Source: Fimbriimonadales bacterium
GTDB taxonomy: Bacteria; Armatimonadota; Fimbriimonadia; Fimbriimonadales; ATM1
Length of the DNA stretch: 64,000 nt
Assembly: GCA_051003155.1 (NCBI GenBank)
Contig: JBPCLO010000026.1
Location: forward strand, 64,001-128,000
Direction: 5' to 3'
Shown: one piece after another, positions 1 through 10,387 of the stretch
Layout: the number at the start of each line of letters is the position of its first letter
How positions within the stretch are numbered: position 1 is the first letter of the stretch
The notes under the pieces: model-generated
The model's database searches: none
Seen by the model: only the letters and a program-made list of their open reading frames with translations
What the model was told of the DNA's origin: nothing
Program-made: the position numbers and the translations under genes

Positions 1-2
1 AG

Positions 3-644
3 TCCACCGCAGCTGCAAGGCAGTACACCCGCGAGTACAAGATCAACCTCGAACGTGCCCACAAAGGGATTGAAAGGCAGTTCGGCCCAGGATACGCTTA
101 CCGCGAGGGTGGGTACGGATGGGGATTTGGAGAGATTCACAAACACGCCGGCCGCCTCAAATTTCTCAATAACTGGGCTCGCAAAGCCCATCCTCGGCGC
201 TGGGTAAGCTTTCGGCCCACGATGACGATAAACGTTCTTCCGCTGATTGAGCACCAAGAAGGTACTTATTTCTCGGTGCCCGGCATGGCCGCCGTCACCG
301 TCCAAGTCGATTGGAGCCTCCACTTCGAAGGGCGTCGGGCTAAGGCCGCATACCTACGATTATCGCGCGGAGCGACGTTTTTGTCCGGCGCGTACGATGT
401 GTCCCTATTACCTGATGGCCGAGCGTCGGGAGCAATGAATTCTTCTCATTTTCCGGGGATCTGGAAGGCTGCAGGCATCCCCGCTAAGCGAGGCAAGCCC
501 GCCATAGTCACCAAGATTTACGTTCGCTTGGAAAACGGCATCAAGCTTCATGGAACTGTATCCGGTTCACCACGCTCGATGGATCAAGTCCGCGAGTTCG
601 TTACGAAAACCGGTGAAGAGCGCCTTGTTTGGAAAAAGCAGTAG
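3..644 (+). CDS. Hypothetical protein, 5'-truncated by the window edge
   Basis: The frame of ORF 222..644 stays open back to base 3; no recognisable motif. Confidence 0.6.
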   Translation, partial: STAAARQYTREYKINLERAHKGIERQFGPGYAYREGGYGWGFGEIHKHAGRLKFLNNWARKAHPRRWVSFRPTMTINVLPLIEHQEGTYFSVPGMAAVTVQVDWSLHFEGRRAKAAYLRLSRGATFLSGAYDVSLLPDGRASGAMNSSHFPGIWKAAGIPAKRGKPAIVTKIYVRLENGIKLHGTVSGSPRSMDQVREFVTKTGEERLVWKKQ

Positions 645-871
645 CACGGCGCAGCGGCAAGGCGCATTCGCAGTCGCCCGGGGGCACCTGTCTCCCATTG
701 GCGGCATCCAAATTGCGTTTTGGGACAGCGAAATTCGCGTCTTTACCATCCAAATTCGAGTTTGGGAGATCGCGCTTGCAGTTATCGCTAGCATCGTCCA
801 GAATGGGATGGCAGACGTGACAAATGGGACATATCGAAGCGAAGAAAATACAAACGGAGGAAGATCTTTGA

Positions 872-899
872 TGCCACACGCCTTCCACGGGGTGTGGCA
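872..899. repeat. REP/IS200-IS605-end-like hairpin
   Basis: TGCCACAC...GTGTGGCA stem; a related copy lies in inverted orientation at 1054-1080. Confidence 0.5.
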
Positions 900-938
900 G
901 GAGAAGAATCACCGATGGCAATGGGCGAAAGTAGGACT

Positions 939-1045
939 ATGTCCCGCGGGCTGACGCGGTGGAGGAATCCGGACGAGGCGAATGCGACTGTGTTCGTGAC
1001 CACGACGGTTCTCGGGTTCACTCCCTTGTTCGCTCACCCGTCCGC
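939..1045 (+). pseudogene. N-terminal remnant of a REP-associated/IS200-like tyrosine (HUH) transposase
   Basis: MSRGLTRWRNPDEANATVFVTTTVLGFTPLF resembles the FVT..t.....PLF start of RAYT proteins; truncated before any HUH motif; flanked by related hairpins. Confidence 0.5.
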
Positions 1046-1053
1046 ATGGCAGC

Positions 1054-1080
1054 CCACACCCGGTGGAAGGGCGTGGAATC
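1054..1080. repeat. REP/IS200-IS605-end-like hairpin, inverted copy
   Basis: Reverse complement GATTCCACGCCCTTCCACCGGGTGTGG resembles GATGCCACACGCCTTCCACGGGGTGTGG starting at 870. Confidence 0.5.
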
Positions 1081-1094
1081 AGCGGAACGGGCTA

Positions 1095-1384
1095 TCAGGT
1101 CAGAAAGCTCGCGCACGGGATGTATGCAGCCCAGTCGAAGTCGAGGGCTCCAGTTTGCCCTTGTGATACTTTTTGGCGTAAGGCTTTCGTGAAAGGCAAA
1201 ACCGTGTGCTGAAGCCTTTGAAGGTCGTCGCCTCGCGGTCTACCGTGACTCGGGCGGCTGCGTTTTCGCCCACCCCGTGAGTCGAATTCACCGCGATGAT
1301 CACGGCATTCTCGAATTCTTCCGCAAGGAGATGCGAAGCAATGCCGTGGAACTTGACCGCCTCGGTCCAGTTAACCGTGATCAT
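1095..1384 (-). pseudogene. Frameshifted duplicate of the hypothetical gene at 4642-4932
   Basis: Near-identical translation MITVNWTEAVKFH...KKYHKGKLEP; one base missing near 1145 relative to the intact copy. Confidence 0.75.
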
Positions 1385-1590
1385 CGCGCGGGTGCCAGCG
1401 TGACGAGGAAGTACCCGGGTTATCCCGAAGCGGGGCGACCGGGTCGGCGAAACCAGCAACATCGCGGCGGTTTACTGGTAGCTGAAGCAGGGGCCTTCGG
1501 GCTCTTGCTTTGCTTTGTGATCGCTCGCAAATAGGCGATACACGATTCCTCTTGCACGTACAGGTATCCTCACGCGTAAGAAGGTGCACC

Positions 1591-3017
1591 ATGAAAAGCT
1601 TATTGCAAATCTCATCTGGCGTAACGTCGATCACCAAGATGGGCGTAAGACTCGCAGTTCTTCTCTCCGGATTCTCCATCGCCGCGTGCGCCCTCGGCCA
1701 GGGAATGCTGGAACCAGTATGGATCCATCCACAGGATTCCGCAGAGGAGTCGCTGATCTCCTCCGACGCGACTTTCGTCTTCTTCAGCGGCGTCCAATCC
1801 GTCAGCGGCCGAGAGGGCCAGGTACGGGATCTTGCGACCGGCGCCATCATGAGCACGAACCCGGGCATTCGCGACATCTCGCTGTCTGCCGATGGCAGAT
1901 ACTTGTCCGCACTTGGCGACGGCCCACCGGCGGTGTATCGGGTAGCGAACGGCGAGTTCGTCTGGGGGCCCCATTTTGGAGCCAATCGTGAGATCGACGG
2001 CGTTAAATTGTCGCCGACTGGCGAATTCGTTTACCTTCGATCTTGGGACGTTGTCAAGGAGAGCGGGTCGGCTGTGTCAAAGGTCAGAGTGGGAGCCGGA
2101 TCGGAGTGGTCGATTGTGTTTCCCCACGGTGTTCTTCCAAGTAAGCCAACGCTCTCACCCGATGGATCTCGCGGTGCATTTACTTTCGGTACTAACCTGT
2201 ATTTCTTCGATACCGATGGCAACTTCGAGTTTTTCCGATCCAGGAAGGTGGACCTACCCAGTTCGCGGGGCCGGACAAAGTTGCCGTGCAGGGGAGCTTG
2301 GTGAGAATTTACAATTCTAACACCGGCCAGCACATCGGCGATATGCCCGGAACCAGTCAGGTTTCATTCGATGCGGCAGGAAGGTTTGCTGCGTGGGGGA
2401 TCGTCCTGTCTATTTACGATGTAAACACGTTGACAAAGCTCGGAACCTACAACGTCCGTGCTGAAGGATCAGACATTTCGGATGACGGGCGATACATTTC
2501 CACCCCAAGGTTAATCAACGGCGGGTTCGCGGTGTGGCTTAATCCGCATTCCGGAATCATTGGAACTCCCAACGCGTTCTCGATCTTCCGTGGCGGATTG
2601 ATCTCCGGTAACCTCGCATCGCTCGTGAGGGATGACAATTCCAGATTGACCGTTCGCCCCGGGCCTGTCTTCGTCAATTCGCAGTCGCCAATCCACGTGA
2701 TCGTGGACTCGACCGTCCCTCCCGGATCGGTATCGAGCTTACGGATGCTTCTCGACGGAAGAGCCGCGTCGACGAATATCGAACAGCGCATCGAGTTCTA
2801 CGACTTCGTCGCCGGCGCATATCAGACCGTGGACCTGAGGCAAGCAACGACAGCCGATTCGCTCGCTGTCGCGAACGCTGGCGCCAACCCGGGCAGGTTC
2901 GTGCAAGCTGTCACCGGCAAAGTGAGATCGAGGATTCGATACAAAGCGTCCGGGCCGATTTTCCAATATCCGTGGACGATCGGTATCGACTACATGTCGT
3001 GGCGCTTAGATCGATAG
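1591..3017 (+). pseudogene. Secreted WD40/YVTN-like beta-propeller protein with conserved C-terminal domain, frameshifted near 2230
   Basis: ORFs 1591..2304 and 2286..3017 together align with paralog 3075..4544; FAGPDKVA continues in the second frame. Confidence 0.75.
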
Positions 3018-3074
3018 GCGATACACGATTGCACTTGCACGTACAGGTATCCTCACGTGTAAGGAAGGTACACC

Positions 3075-4544
3075 ATGAAAAGCTTATTGCAAATCTCATC
3101 CGGCGCCACGTCGATCACCAAGATGGGCGCGAGACTTCCCGTTCTTCTCTCCGGATTCTCCATCGCCGCATGCGCGCTCGGCCAGGGAATGCTGGAACGG
3201 GTATGGATCGATCCTGAGCCGAAGGAGGCGGCTGCGAGGCTGATCTCATCGGACGGACGTTATTGTCTTTTTGCGGGGATAGGCCGACTTTGGGGAAATA
3301 GCGAGATTCGTGACCTCACTACTGGCGCGCTCGTGAGTTCGATCCCCTATGACTGGACGCACGACATTTCCTTCTCAGGTGATGGTCGTTACGTGTCCCA
3401 ATATGACGCGGTCTATCGCGTCGAAGACGGGCAGTTCGTCTGGCGAGCCCCGAGTGGTGGGAGCTTCGGACATTTGAACTTGAAGTTGACGACGACCGGC
3501 GAGTTTGTTTACGGACAGATCGTAGCCAAGGAAACCAACTCGCTCGTCAAGCTAAGAGTGGGATCGTCGGATAGCACGTTGATGTTTTCGAACGGCGGCA
3601 TGCAGTTGTTCGGTCCCAACCTCTCCGCCGACGGAAGCCGCGGCGCAATCAGGGCTGCTGGTGACGGCAGGTTACATGTCTGGAACACGGATGATGACGT
3701 GATTTCGTCTTTTCCACTCGACGTCCCCGTAAACCACTACGTGAGCTTCGCCGGACCGGACAAAGTTGCCGGTGAATTCGTGTACTATGAAACTCAGACG
3801 GTCGACATCCATATTTTCAATTCTCACAACGGCCAGTTCATTGGGACGCTTGGCCATCATGAGACCGGTACATTCCAATCCGATGCCACGGGGGATTTTG
3901 CTATTTGGGGATCGAACCGAGGAATCTATATTTACGATGTAAGCGAAATGACTCTGCTCGGCACTTACAATGAACCATTCGGATGGTTTTCAGACATCTC
4001 GGATGACGGGCGATATATTGCGTCAATGTCTGTGGTAGGCACTACACCCTACGAGGGCGTGTACCGCAATCCCCATACCGGAATCATCGGAACTCCTAAC
4101 GCTTTCTCGATCTTTCGCGGCGGCTTGATCTCCGGCAATGTCGCGTCGCTTGTGAACGATGACGACTCCAGGCTGACCGTTCGCCCTGGTCCCGTCTTCG
4201 TAAATTCGCAATCGCCGATTCACGTGATCGTGGACTCAACCGTTCCTGTCGGACCGGTCTCGAGCTTACGGATGCTTCTCGACGGAAGAGCCGCGTCGAC
4301 GAATATCGAACAGCGCATCGAGTTCTACGATTTCGTCGCCGGCGCTTATCAGACCGTAGACCTGAGGCAAGCAACGACATCCGATTCGCTCGCTGTCGTA
4401 AACGCAGGCCTCAACCCTGGCAGGTTCGTGCAGGCTCTGACTGGCAAAGTGAGGTCACGAATTCGATACAAGGCAACTGGGGCAATTTTCCAATACCCAT
4501 GGACGATCGGTATCGACTACATGTCGTGGCGTTTAGATCGATAG
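3075..4544 (+). CDS. Secreted beta-propeller-repeat protein with conserved C-terminal domain
   Basis: Signal-peptide-like N-terminus; repeated (I/L/F)S.DG.(Y/R) blades; tandem paralog upstream. Confidence 0.8.
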   Translation: MKSLLQISSGATSITKMGARLPVLLSGFSIAACALGQGMLERVWIDPEPKEAAARLISSDGRYCLFAGIGRLWGNSEIRDLTTGALVSSIPYDWTHDISFSGDGRYVSQYDAVYRVEDGQFVWRAPSGGSFGHLNLKLTTTGEFVYGQIVAKETNSLVKLRVGSSDSTLMFSNGGMQLFGPNLSADGSRGAIRAAGDGRLHVWNTDDDVISSFPLDVPVNHYVSFAGPDKVAGEFVYYETQTVDIHIFNSHNGQFIGTLGHHETGTFQSDATGDFAIWGSNRGIYIYDVSEMTLLGTYNEPFGWFSDISDDGRYIASMSVVGTTPYEGVYRNPHTGIIGTPNAFSIFRGGLISGNVASLVNDDDSRLTVRPGPVFVNSQSPIHVIVDSTVPVGPVSSLRMLLDGRAASTNIEQRIEFYDFVAGAYQTVDLRQATTSDSLAVVNAGLNPGRFVQALTGKVRSRIRYKATGAIFQYPWTIGIDYMSWRLDR

Positions 4545-4641
4545 TTGGCATTAACTGCTTCGTAAAATGCTAAGCGACGGCCCACGCATGTGAGTCGTTC
4601 AACGCATCGCTCCTACAATGGCCGCGATACACGAGTATCCG

Positions 4642-4932
4642 TCATGTCAGGAAAGTCGCACAAGGGATATAGGCAACCCAGTCGAAGTCGAGCGGCTCGA
4701 GCTTTCCCTTGTGATACTTCTTGGCGTACGGCTTGTCGTGGAGCCAAAAACGAACGCTGAACCCCTTGAAGGTCGTCGCCTCGCGATCCACGGTGACTCG
4801 AACGGCTGCGTTTTCTCCCACCCCGTGTGTCGAGTTCACAGCGATGATCACGGCATTCTCGAACTCGCCGGCGATGAGATGCGAAGCAATGTCGTGGAAA
4901 TTGACCGCCTCGGTCCAGTTGAACGTGATCAT
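4642..4932 (-). CDS. Hypothetical protein (start uncertain)
   Basis: Amino-acid-level conservation with the copy at 1095-1384. Confidence 0.6.
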   Translation of the reverse strand: MITFNWTEAVNFHDIASHLIAGEFENAVIIAVNSTHGVGENAAVRVTVDREATTFKGFSVRFWLHDKPYAKKYHKGKLEPLDFDWVAYIPCATFLT

Positions 4933-5142
4933 CGCCTCTTCTTCGGGCGGCTGCACCTCCGTGCAGTGCCCGTATAGCATCATCGTTCGAATCATGTCGA
5001 GATTGCCCTCCGCTCCGATCTTCAAGTATGAGACGTTGCGGCGGGAGGCTAGGCGTCCAGTAAGCTTGCGAATGCGGATTCCTGTCTCTGAAGGCCCGGC
5101 TGCCGATCCGAAAATCGGCCAGTCGGTAAACTCCGCCTGCGC

Positions 5143-6603
5143 TTGAGCGGTTTCAAACGAAAAGCAATCTCCGGGTTCTTCTGGCAGGCCTTCGGCTTGG
5201 TGGGGCAACAGGGTATTCAGCTCATCGCGAACCTGCTCTTCGCGAGGCTGTTGCTGAAAGAGGAGAACGGTGTCCTCATCGCCGCAATTGCCATTCTGGA
5301 TTACGCCACCCTACTTCGGGTATCGGGGATCCTTCAGGCGTTCGTTGCCTACGAAGGGGACGACACCGAAGCGCGCCACACCGTTTTCTGGGCCAGCTTG
5401 CTTTCGGGGTTGGCAATGTGTGCTGCTCTATTCTTCGGGGCGCCATTCATAGCCTCTTGGCTGAACTCCGATGGCCTAACACCGGTTTTGCGGGCACTTT
5501 CTGTCATGCAACTCATCGATAGCATCCGCATCGTGCCGTTCGCGCTTATCTGGAGGCACCTGCGTTTCAAAGAGCGCACAATCGCCGAGACCGTGCCTTT
5601 CATCGCGGGGCTTGTCTCGGCCGCTGTCGGGCTGGCGATACTTCCGAGAGAGCAGCGCATTTACGCGGTTGTCTGGATGTACCTGGTCCGGTCGGTCGGA
5701 CAAGCGTTGCTGTTTCTCTATTTCGAGCCTTACCGCCCGGCTCTCAAATTCGATTGGCCCTTCTTCCGCCTCATTTCTCGCCGATCAGTGGGCGTTCTTG
5801 CTTTCAATCTGCCGAGCAGCACGCTGGTTTCGCTGCCGTCCATTGCGGTGTTCGGCCGGGCCGGCGAGGCCGCGGGGGGAGCCTTTGGATTAGCGACGAA
5901 GCTAACAGCGCCCGCCACGAGCCTCTCTTACGCCGCGAATATCACCCTGTTTCCCATTTTCGCGCAACTAAAGAACGATGCCGAAAAGCTCAAGGCGAGC
6001 ATTCTGCGATCCCTCAAGGGCGCAGCCGTACTGCCGATCGCGCTGCTGACCTTCATTATCGCAACCGCGCCGGAACTGATTCCGGTGGTCTTGGGCGAGA
6101 AATGGCGGAGCGCAGTTCCTGCGGCCCGCTGGATCGCCCTGGCCGGAATCTTCCAGATGTACTCGTTCGTACTCGCCTCCGTCCTGCTTGCCGCGAGCAA
6201 AACGATCTACATTATCGTCACATGGACTTCGACGCTCGTCCTTGCGGCGGCGCTGCTATTCCTGGTCCCGATGGCTCAGGGCGATGCGCTCGCCGGGGGC
6301 CAGATCACGGCCGCGTACGGAGCGTTCGGATTTGTTATGAGCCTGGGCGCGACCTCGATCGCAATGCGCATGCCCGTCGGATCGATTCTATCGACGCTCG
6401 TCCCTGCTTCCTTGTCCGCCGCCGCGGCCGTAGCGGCTTCCTTGGTATTAGGCGAAGCCGTTCATGACGAATCAGCGCGGCTTGCCGTCAAGACTCTGGC
6501 ATTCGGCGTCGTATTTCTTCCCGCTTGCGGAATTCTCCTGGGCGGTTCCTGGCGCTCGCTGCTCACGCCACAGGGTTTGCGTGAGTTGATAGGGCGGAAC
6601 TAG
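5143..6603 (+). CDS. Oligosaccharide flippase (Wzx/MOP family)
   Basis: Many TM segments; LFARLL near the N-terminus; LFPIFAQL and VLGEKW motifs. Confidence 0.85.
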   Translation: MSGFKRKAISGFFWQAFGLVGQQGIQLIANLLFARLLLKEENGVLIAAIAILDYATLLRVSGILQAFVAYEGDDTEARHTVFWASLLSGLAMCAALFFGAPFIASWLNSDGLTPVLRALSVMQLIDSIRIVPFALIWRHLRFKERTIAETVPFIAGLVSAAVGLAILPREQRIYAVVWMYLVRSVGQALLFLYFEPYRPALKFDWPFFRLISRRSVGVLAFNLPSSTLVSLPSIAVFGRAGEAAGGAFGLATKLTAPATSLSYAANITLFPIFAQLKNDAEKLKASILRSLKGAAVLPIALLTFIIATAPELIPVVLGEKWRSAVPAARWIALAGIFQMYSFVLASVLLAASKTIYIIVTWTSTLVLAAALLFLVPMAQGDALAGGQITAAYGAFGFVMSLGATSIAMRMPVGSILSTLVPASLSAAAAVAASLVLGEAVHDESARLAVKTLAFGVVFLPACGILLGGSWRSLLTPQGLRELIGRN

Positions 6604-6639
6604 GCGGTATTTTTTGCCGTCTAAGCATTGACCTAACTC

Positions 6640-7509
6640 ATGAACTGTCCACGATGCGGCGCTCAAAAGACCGGAGCTAATTTCTGCATGAATTGCGGCG
6701 CGGCATTGGATGACGCGGGCAGTTTTCGCGGTAGGAGGGCGTTCTGGCTGATCGCAGGCCTCGCCGCGCTCCTTATGATCGCAACAATCGGAGCCGTCCG
6801 CAGCCTGCTGATTGGAGCCGAAGGGCAGAAGCATCGGGCCCTTGCTGTGCCGGCGATTGGCTCACCGAACGCCATCGCCCTTCCACAGAGAGCCGCTCCA
6901 CCCACAGTTGCAGCCGTCAGCGAACGTATGCCGGAAGACGTTCGCAAGTGGCTCGAACACATGAAGCGCGTCGACGAAAAGCGTGAGCGTTTCAACAGCG
7001 ACTTTGCGCAGACCCTCCTAAAATCGATTGCGAAACTGCGACCGGGTGCTTTTATAGAAGAGTCCGAAGCGAACGCCGATCAGGCCAGACGAAGCGGCGA
7101 AGCTGGCCAAGTAGTGGCTTCCGTTGATACGTTTTTCAGTGATCTCACGCGCGAATTTCAAAGCCTTGCGCCGCCTGCCGAATGCCGTCCGATCGCCGAG
7201 AAGTACTCCTCCGTCCTTCTGGAGACCCGGAACATCCTCACCGAAGTCATATCCGGGATTAACAGTGGGGACACCGCGTCTCTTGAAAAGCTGCAAGGCA
7301 CGTCGTACAAACGCATTGATGCAGGCGCCGCTGAAACGAACGATCGCATCGGCGCGCTGTGCTCGAAATACCGAGAGCCCAATAGGTACTCGGTTTTCGT
7401 CGACAAGGGCAACGGCCTGGGTGTCAGTGCTGCCGCAAATATGCTGCCCGACTCAACAGCAATCAATGACATGATGAAGCGTATGCTGGACGAAGAGTTC
7501 AGCAACTAA
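6640..7509 (+). CDS. Zinc-ribbon-domain membrane-anchored protein
   Basis: CPRCG...FCMNCG followed by one TM helix and a helical domain. Confidence 0.75.
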   Translation: MNCPRCGAQKTGANFCMNCGAALDDAGSFRGRRAFWLIAGLAALLMIATIGAVRSLLIGAEGQKHRALAVPAIGSPNAIALPQRAAPPTVAAVSERMPEDVRKWLEHMKRVDEKRERFNSDFAQTLLKSIAKLRPGAFIEESEANADQARRSGEAGQVVASVDTFFSDLTREFQSLAPPAECRPIAEKYSSVLLETRNILTEVISGINSGDTASLEKLQGTSYKRIDAGAAETNDRIGALCSKYREPNRYSVFVDKGNGLGVSAAANMLPDSTAINDMMKRMLDEEFSN

Positions 7510-7528
7510 TCCGGCTAAAATATCGTTG

Positions 7529-8920
7529 GTGGGCGATCTGAAGATCTATGATTCTCTTTCGCGCGCTCTGGTCGACTTCGTACCTCGAGATCCAGGGCGC
7601 GTTTCCATCTACGCTTGCGGCTTGACTCCGCAGGCGCCGGCGCACCTCGGGCACATGCGCGGCGCAGTCCTATTCGATGTAGTCCGCAATTGGCTGAGCC
7701 ACTTGGGTTATGAGGTCGACTTCGTTCAGAACTTCACGGATATCGACGATAAGATCATTCGGAAAAGCCTAGAAGAGGGCATAGATGCCGCCCAGGTCGC
7801 CGAGAAGTACGGAGACCAATATCTGCGCGACCTGGCGCTGCTCAACGCAAAACCTGCTCGCTGGGTCTATGTCACCCAGAATATGGATGCGATCCTCGAG
7901 ATGATCGCGAAGATCATCGAGCGGGGCCACGCCTACGAGGTCGATGGTGATGTCTATTTTCGAGTCCTATCCGACCCCGACTACGGCAAGCTGAGCCACA
8001 GGAAGCTGTCGGAGATGAAGGAAGGCGCCCGTGTCGAGGTCGACCCTCGCAAGGAGCATCCCATGGACTTCGCGCTCTGGAAGTCCGCGAAACCCGGTGA
8101 ACCGTCATGGCCGAGCCCTTGGGGAGAGGGCCGTCCGGGCTGGCACATCGAATGCTCTGCACTTTCCTTGAAAGAATTAGGCCCAAACTTTGACATTCAT
8201 GCCGGAGGGGTCGATCTAATATTCCCTCACCACGAGAACGAAATTGCCCAGTCCGAGGCCTATCTGGGTAAGGCCGAGTTCGCAAAAATCTGGATGCATT
8301 GGGGATCTGTTCAGCTTTCTCAGAAAAAAATGAGCAAATCGGAAGGAAACGTGCTTCCCGCTAGAGAGGCAATCGAGCGGTACTCCGCCGGCGCGGTCCG
8401 CCTGTTCCTTCTCAACAGCAGCTACCGCAGCCCGATCGACTACGCCGAAAGCAGGATGGCGGAGTCCCAAACCGCATTCAAGCGCATCGAGACGTCGCTG
8501 TCCAGAGTCTGCCAGAAGCTTGGCGACGTCGCTGAGGGCGAGCTCGACGACGAACAAATGGCACAATTCTCGGATGCGATGAACTCGGATTTCAACACTT
8601 CAGCCGCCGTTGCAACCTTGCATGACGCTGTCAGTTCGCTGAACGAAATCATGGCCCAAGGGATCGGAACCGAGACGGAACGTCCGGCGTCCATTTATAG
8701 GACTGCCTTGCTCTTCACCTCGGTCCTGGGATTACCCGTCCGAGAGGCTCAAGAGGAGCACGGCCTTTTGGACGGATTGATGACAAAAGTGATACAATGG
8801 CGTCAAGAGTTGCGCAAACAGAAGCAATTTGAGATGGCCGACTCCATCAGGGACGATGTGAGCGAAATCGGCATCTTGTTGGAGGATTCAGTAGAAGGCA
8901 CAACATGGCGAAGGAAGTGA
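7529..8920 (+). CDS. cysS: Cysteine--tRNA ligase
   Basis: HLGH, NFTDIDDKII, GRPGWHIECS, FPHHENE and KMSKS motifs. Confidence 0.98.
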   Translation: MGDLKIYDSLSRALVDFVPRDPGRVSIYACGLTPQAPAHLGHMRGAVLFDVVRNWLSHLGYEVDFVQNFTDIDDKIIRKSLEEGIDAAQVAEKYGDQYLRDLALLNAKPARWVYVTQNMDAILEMIAKIIERGHAYEVDGDVYFRVLSDPDYGKLSHRKLSEMKEGARVEVDPRKEHPMDFALWKSAKPGEPSWPSPWGEGRPGWHIECSALSLKELGPNFDIHAGGVDLIFPHHENEIAQSEAYLGKAEFAKIWMHWGSVQLSQKKMSKSEGNVLPAREAIERYSAGAVRLFLLNSSYRSPIDYAESRMAESQTAFKRIETSLSRVCQKLGDVAEGELDDEQMAQFSDAMNSDFNTSAAVATLHDAVSSLNEIMAQGIGTETERPASIYRTALLFTSVLGLPVREAQEEHGLLDGLMTKVIQWRQELRKQKQFEMADSIRDDVSEIGILLEDSVEGTTWRRK

Positions 8921-8927
8921 CTCAAGG

Positions 8928-10331
8928 ATGAAACGTTCGATCGGCTACATTGCCGGTGTGTTGCTGCTTGGTGGAGGCGGGTTCGCCGCCTTTGCGGCAT
9001 TTCAGGAACCCTTGACATCAAGCGGCACGACAATCGACGGCCAGGATCTCGGCGGCCTTACGAAGGTCGACCTGTACGCCCGCTTGAACGTCTGGTGGGA
9101 CAAAACGAAAGCACGCATGATACGGCCGCGTTCCGGGGCTTTGACCCAACAGCCCAGACCGATGTCGCTGCACCAACTCGGCATCGAGCCGGATTTGGAC
9201 GCCACTGTAGCGAGCGTTCATTTCGATAGTTACCCCGCCAAACTCCTTGGCCGGGCCAAGAGCGGGCATCCCATTACGATAGTTTGGCGAGCCCAAGGGG
9301 CAGACTTGGCTGTACTGACTAAGTTCGTGGCAGACCACGCCCGCCGGCGTGCACCCGCACGCGTGTGGTTCGAGGGCGGGGCCTTGCAACGCACTTACGA
9401 AGCCACCCGCGTGGGCTTGGATGAAGGCAACGTCGGACCGGCTGTTGTAGCTGCAATCGAGCAGCGTAAGAAGACATTCCAATTGCCGTTGGAGGCCGAG
9501 CCTCCGCGCGTCTCTAAGGAAGCGGTAGGTTCCATCAAGGACGTCGTGAGTAAATTCACCACCAAGTTCAACCGAGGAAATCTAAATCGCAGCAGCAACA
9601 TCCGGCTCGCGGCCTCCGAATTCGACGGCATCGTCCTGCTGCCGGGAGACATTCTCAGCTATAACGAAACCGTTGGGCAAAGGACCGTTAAGCGCGGGTA
9701 CAAGCTCGCCGGTGTGTACGCGAACGGCCGCCACGATACGGGCATCGGCGGCGGAATCTGCCAAGTTAGCACTACCCTGTTCAACGCCGCCGCTTTGGCA
9801 AACTTGAAGATCGTTTCACGAACCAACCATTCGATGCCGGTTGCCTACGTTCCGCTCGGGCGAGATGCGACGGTCGATTTCGGAAACATCGACCTCAAGA
9901 TCGAGAACAGTACCGACAATCCCGTCTCCGTCACTAGCGAAGTCGTGGGCGGGTCTATAACGTTCCGCATCCTCGGGACCAAGATTCCAAACATGTCGGT
10001 TTCTCTTGCAACGACCAATCATACTAGTTGGGGAAACGGCGTCAAATACGTGACTGATTCTAGTGTCGCTCCGGGACGCACCAAAGTGATCGAACGCGGC
10101 AGCGCCGGACGCAGTTGTATTACTTGGCGGATCATCCGCGACGGCACCGAAACTCGCCGAGAAAAGCTTGTCGAGAACAACTATCGAGGGGCCTCACGCA
10201 TTATCGCTCGTGGACCTGCCGCTAAACCCAGGCCGAGGGCCAAGCGAAGACCCGCGGCCGCCGCGGATCCCCCTGTCCGCGAACCGACGACTCCACCACC
10301 AGCCGATCCTCCGCCTCCGTCCGCCGAGTGA
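8928..10331 (+). CDS. VanW-family protein with G5-like domain
   Basis: GGGICQVSTTLFNAA and YVPLGRDATV motifs; Pro-rich tail. Confidence 0.92.
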   Translation: MKRSIGYIAGVLLLGGGGFAAFAAFQEPLTSSGTTIDGQDLGGLTKVDLYARLNVWWDKTKARMIRPRSGALTQQPRPMSLHQLGIEPDLDATVASVHFDSYPAKLLGRAKSGHPITIVWRAQGADLAVLTKFVADHARRRAPARVWFEGGALQRTYEATRVGLDEGNVGPAVVAAIEQRKKTFQLPLEAEPPRVSKEAVGSIKDVVSKFTTKFNRGNLNRSSNIRLAASEFDGIVLLPGDILSYNETVGQRTVKRGYKLAGVYANGRHDTGIGGGICQVSTTLFNAAALANLKIVSRTNHSMPVAYVPLGRDATVDFGNIDLKIENSTDNPVSVTSEVVGGSITFRILGTKIPNMSVSLATTNHTSWGNGVKYVTDSSVAPGRTKVIERGSAGRSCITWRIIRDGTETRREKLVENNYRGASRIIARGPAAKPRPRAKRRPAAAADPPVREPTTPPPADPPPPSAE

Positions 10332-10387
10332 GCTTTCGACTCATTTGCGAGTCTTAACGTCCAGGTCTGATAAAGGAGGCAGTTAAA

